A DNA stretch of 64,000 nt from Podarcis bocagei. Its lineage: Eukaryota. Location of the stretch: assembly GCA_964188305.1 (NCBI GenBank), contig OZ076885.1; one strand, 5' to 3'. The notes below the pieces were generated by a model. The model searched no databases, was not told the origin of the DNA, and saw nothing but the letters and a program-made list of their open reading frames with translations. How positions within the stretch are numbered: position 1 is the stretch's first letter; every line of letters starts with the position of its first letter. The translations under genes and the position numbers were made by a program. Positions 59,632 through 64,000 of the stretch are shown here, one piece after another.

Positions 59632-61501
59632 CTATTTCCCTTTGGAAATACTTGACCCTCCTAAAACAGTGGATTGGCATTTCTTCTCTAAAGGCAAAAA
59701 TCAGATCCCTGCAAGTGATAAATTGCCTATAGCTTATAACAAGCCACAAAGCCTATGAAACAATTTTGGAGAGCCAAACTTTAGACTTGACTGTAAGAGC
59801 ACTCATCTGCCCCCTGGCATGTTCAAATTACTCCAGTGTGCTATGTCTTGGGCGCAGTTTTCCCTTTCCTCTCTTTGATAGGAAAATGCGGCATGCAATA
59901 GCATGGGGGCGGGGAGCGAGCTTTAGTAGTGATTTCAGTGACATGTAGATTGGCAAGTAGTTCTGATTTCTGATTTTTTCAACAATCAACAACAAAAAGA
60001 AATACATGCACACCCTTAATTCAGGCTGCCAAAATGCAGAAAGATTAAGTTAACAATGAAAGGACTGTAAGCTCACTTACGGACTCATTGTTAAAAACAT
60101 GTTTATGGACGACAATCTTACTTGGCTACGAGTGATCGCCAAAGAAGAAGAAGCTCAGTCCAGTTCTGGTATGGAAAAGAAATTCCCAGACTTAAAATGT
60201 GCTCAGGGGCACCTTGTTCTTCAATTCTAACCATATACCTTTTGCACCTGGCTCTGCTTGGTAGATCTTGGCTTTCTAGCTTAAAATAAACTACACTCCC
60301 ATCCTTGCATGCCAGCTCTCATAGGAATGGTAAAGTCCCTGTGAGTTGACACATATGTATTAGTGGCACTGGAAACATGAAGGACATTCTGTTATATGTA
60401 TCATATTCCTCTTTCTTGTTCTCTTCTGGGGGAAAAAATTCTAAAGGAACTTCTTGACAACATTTCATTCCTGAATGGTAGTGATAAAACCATTCATTTG
60501 ATACCTGGGAGAGATTTAACTCATTTAACTCACAAGGTTGCTGTGTGTGCCCTTGCAACCCAAAGGTTTAGGTGTAAATTTATCCTGCACAATACATTGC
60601 ATTGTGCAGGGAGTCATTTATAATAAATTGCAATACTGTCCCTTTCACAGGACATATAAGCTGTATATAAAATGGTGTTTGTTTCCCATGTTTGTGACGA
60701 CCAATGGTGTTTAATAAAACTTGACATTTCTCTTATAGAACAGAATGAAAAGCCCCAAAAGGCCTGAAATGTGGCCCTTATGTTGCTGGTCCTCTAGGCT
60801 CCTGCCATGATGGCTTTTATTAGCTCTGTTTTCTAATAGCATCTATAATAAATTAGCAAAATTGCCACACCAAATATAACCATAAAGCAGCCATCAGTAA
60901 TCAGTATATGAATCTAAAGACTGCACTAGTGCAGCGTTTCTCAAAATCTTTGAATGCAGCCCTCCTTCTGAAATTATGCTACCTTTTGTGACAGCCACAT
61001 GTACCCATGCAAAAATAGCAGTTTGTTCCACAGAGGCATGTGTGTGAAGATTCTCATACACAGTTGAATGCAGCCTCCTGATGTTTGTGTGATGATTTGT
61101 GAACTGGAGTAGTAAAATGAGGAAACTTGTAAAATGGGACATATGATTCCCCTATCCTAAACCAAACATTGATTAAAAAAAAATAGAGTAAGCATCCTCC
61201 TTCCAAAATCAGATTTTGATGATGGGCCAGGAGGGATAAAGTCATCCATATAAATACAATGTGAATAGGTGATTGTCCTCTTAAGTTTTGGCTGTGGAGG
61301 GAAGAGGGCAGAATGAGGAAAGTTCTTGGAGTGAAGCGCAAAGAGAAAGCGATACCTTGATCAAGAACCCCATATAACTTATGGAGGCAGTACTGTACTG
61401 TGGATTCCACACACCCACAAACTGACTGAAAAAGAATGGTGCTAGAGACAGTTCGGCATATCAAGATCAGCAATGGTGAGGAAGAGGCCTATAGCTTGGG
61501 A

Positions 61502-61657
61502 AGCTTCATCTGACTATAGTATAAGGGTAGGCAATATGGTGCCCTTTGGCTACTGGACTACAACATCTGTCAGCCCCAGCCAACATGGCCCATTGTTAGG
61601 GATGATGAGAATTGGTGTCCAGCAACATCTGGAGGGAGCCATGTTCACTGTCCCCGC
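61502..61657. mobile_element. short hAT-type MITE, degenerate
   Basis: GGGTAGGCAA...GGACTACAAC...GGGATGATGAGAATTGGTGTCC, same family as 57390. Confidence 0.55.
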
Positions 61658-61699
61658 TCTGGTGAGTGACCCAGATGGAGGCACATATATGAGAAGCTC

Positions 61700-62640
61700 C
61701 GGCTAGCTTCAGGTTTAAAAAGCAAATCCAAAGAGCGGATTAATACACTCATTTATCTAATGAAGGATTGGGCAGATGTCATTCAAGCTAAGCGAGGTAG
61801 GGTTAAAGAAATCTAATAAAGTAGTGGAAAGTTTCAAAAAACATTTCATTGTGAGGAGCAATGCGATTGATGGACGGGCACAATTTAATACTCGTATGAA
61901 AAAGGGAAATGAACCTATGGATGATTTTATTACCTCTCTATATTCCCTAGCTGAGCGTTGTGAATGTGATATCCTCCTCTGTGAGATGATCAGAGACATA
62001 ATTGTTGTGGGTGTCAAAAAACTCAAAGTGTCCAAAAAACTACAATTGGATGAGAGACTTACCCTGGAAAAAGCGTTCATCACTGTGAAGTAGCATGAGA
62101 GAGTGTAAAGAGGCCACCATTAGACCTTCATAAAAGGAGCAGCATTCCCCACCCCCACCCTCACACTGACAGTATTCATACTCTGAAGAGAAAGTCACAG
62201 CTACAGGGACAGTCCACCACACAAAACTCACAAAACAGGGAGGAAAAATGTCGGTGGCAGGATTCTGCCTAGCAAAGGATTCCGTTTGCTACTATTGCAA
62301 GAAAAAGGAACATTTTGTTAAAGTATGCTTTGCTGAAGTAGCACTGGGACAAGTCACTACTAATCCAGCTGGCTTTCTGGGATCCTTGGCAGACAATCAA
62401 ACAGTAAATTTGAGAATGTGGTTGGCAGAAATCGAGATGGATGGGTACCAAGTAGAATTCAAGCTTGACTCTGGGTGTCACAACTAACCTACTAGTGGTA
62501 TTTAGACTACATTCAAAACACCAGGAGAACAGTGGGCAGCAGTGGGGAGCTTCAGAGTAGTCATGCACTGCAATGACAAAGAAGAAATCAGGAAAGTGAT
62601 TTATGTAGTGAAGCAAATAGAAAGCCCTTGTTAGGATGCA
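61700..62640 (+). mobile_element. degenerate Ty3/Gypsy gag-protease fragment (Mag-like)
   Basis: RAQFN.R....E..DDFITSLY.LAE.CE...EMIRD.IVVG...LQL...LTLEKA (gag), CYYCKKKEHFVKVC (zinc knuckle), VEFKLDSG (aspartic protease); interrupted by stops. Confidence 0.85.
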
Positions 62641-63621
62641 GAATGGTATATGTCCAGCATTTGCCAACAGGAATACCAATATTAACTACCTCAGAAGGTG
62701 GCCTTTCTGTTGTGTTTTAATAGCATACAGAACTATGATAGAAAGAGGCTACGGATTACCTGGATTCTTCCTGCAGCTCTTCATTCAGACTTCCGCTTCA
62801 TTGTCTCATAATGTCCTCTGGACCAGGCTTAATTGTAATCTCTTTGCTGCTAAAGTCTTTATTCACTTCTGAAGCAGGAAGTTCTGGAAGAAAACATCAT
62901 CATCATTATTTTTTAATTAAATTGCCAGATATTGCAACACAGGCATTCAGCTTTGCCCTAATTGACTCCTCTTGGCCACTGTATCACTCCTGAAATCATA
63001 TCACTAGATAAAGTTTTCATACAGTCTATGCAAATGATAATCATCTTATAACATGGAGTTTGTGGTGATGCAGCTGGATCCCACAGACTCAACTCAAGTA
63101 TCACTCCAAAACATTGTGAAGAAATCACAACTATGGTTTGGGGAAATGTTCAAGTTTTCAAACCACAGTCTGTGATCAAACAGCAAAGAAGAATCAGAAA
63201 CACAGACAAAAGTGGTTTTGCAAATTTTGGTTTGTGCTAGCTATAGTTTGGTATGTCTGAATTGTACCCCAGAAGCAGGAACAGTTCTGTACCATAGTTT
63301 GTATGTTGGGAAGCTCAAAGCAAGGTGTGGCATGATGTCTGAACCGAGTCAGTAACCATATTCACTACCATGTACACATTGCTTAGAGATTTTTGAGCTA
63401 TAAATGCTTTTGAATAAATTAAATAGTATGATAATTGTAAGAGGTAACACTCTCCTTTATGCTCAATTGCTCCTGTAACGTCAACGGTATTCAAATCCAA
63501 AGTGGGCCAAGGGAAATCACAATTGTTCATCTGTCTCACTAAATGCTAGGTAGAGGTTTTCGTCATGAAGTCTGCCTCAGGTAAACAAATCATCATATAA
63601 ATGTGTCACTCCCTCATAATG

Positions 63622-63687
63622 TGGCCCTAATCATGATTTTACATTATAATATGATAATATTATAGTGTAAAATCATGATTAGGGCCA
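63622..63687. repeat. near-perfect palindrome with 31-bp arms
   Basis: TGGCCCTAATCATGATTTTACATTATAATAT-gata-ATATTATAGTGTAAAATCATGATTAGGGCCA. Confidence 0.95.
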
Positions 63688-63888
63688 AATCAGACTACTG
63701 CTTTTCATGTTCCAAATATGCTTTTCCAGTGCATTTTCATATGCTGGAGAAGTCTTGAATGATTTCAACCTGTTTCCAGAGCCTCACTTACCACACCCTG
63801 ACTTCTATATTTGAGGGATACAGTGAAGTGAGATATTTAAATGTTCACAAGACTCTTTGGGCCACCAGGACTGGTTGGAAAGTGGGGA

Positions 63889-63926
<38 letters not shown>
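63889..63926. repeat. (CA)n microsatellite
   Basis: about 19 CA units. Confidence 0.95.
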
Positions 63927-63927
<1 letters not shown>

Positions 63928-64000
63928 CTATGGCTATGTGCATATGGTACATTTAAAGGACATGCCATTTTAAGAATCCTGTGAAGTGTAGTTTGTTAAG

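Noticed and set aside
60020-60230. Exon-like segment with a strong minus-strand donor (GTAAGT near 60080) and extra CpGs
   Set aside because: Frames are short and no partner exons or homology are recognisable

Overview
Vertebrate genomic DNA, most likely from a lacertid lizard (Podarcis-like), inferred from a full-length Sauria SINE and other squamate-type repeats. Two spliced protein-coding genes lie head-to-tail on the minus strand. CAPRIN1 is complete: 18 coding exons from ATG 44346 to TAA 14625, 2154 nt, 717 aa, a ~3.85 kb 3'UTR ending near 10770, and a CpG-island promoter at ~43.3-45.6 kb. NAT10 is represented by its 5' part: ATG 5592, coding exons 2-7 plus the first 12 nt of exon 8 at the window edge, and a CpG-island promoter at ~6.15-7.2 kb. 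This is the same order as human CAPRIN1-NAT10, so LMO2 is expected off the right end. Introns and the 46-64 kb intergenic region hold L2, CR1, L1, Bov-B, Penelope and Gypsy remnants, SINEs, and many Tc1/mariner, hAT and Harbinger-like MITEs. I found no wholly new gene system. The best leads are: (1) a Penelope-type palindrome with a minimal hammerhead ribozyme core on each strand; (2) a Bov-B insertion whose 5' junction records snap-back DNA synthesis; (3) an eRF3-like PAM2 motif in CAPRIN1 covering the residue equivalent to human P512; (4) a frameshifted alternative CAPRIN1 C-terminus with its own intronic poly(A) signal; (5) co-oriented CTCF motifs where the CAPRIN1/LMO2 boundary is expected. 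Family names and comparisons with human come from recalled knowledge, not database searches.
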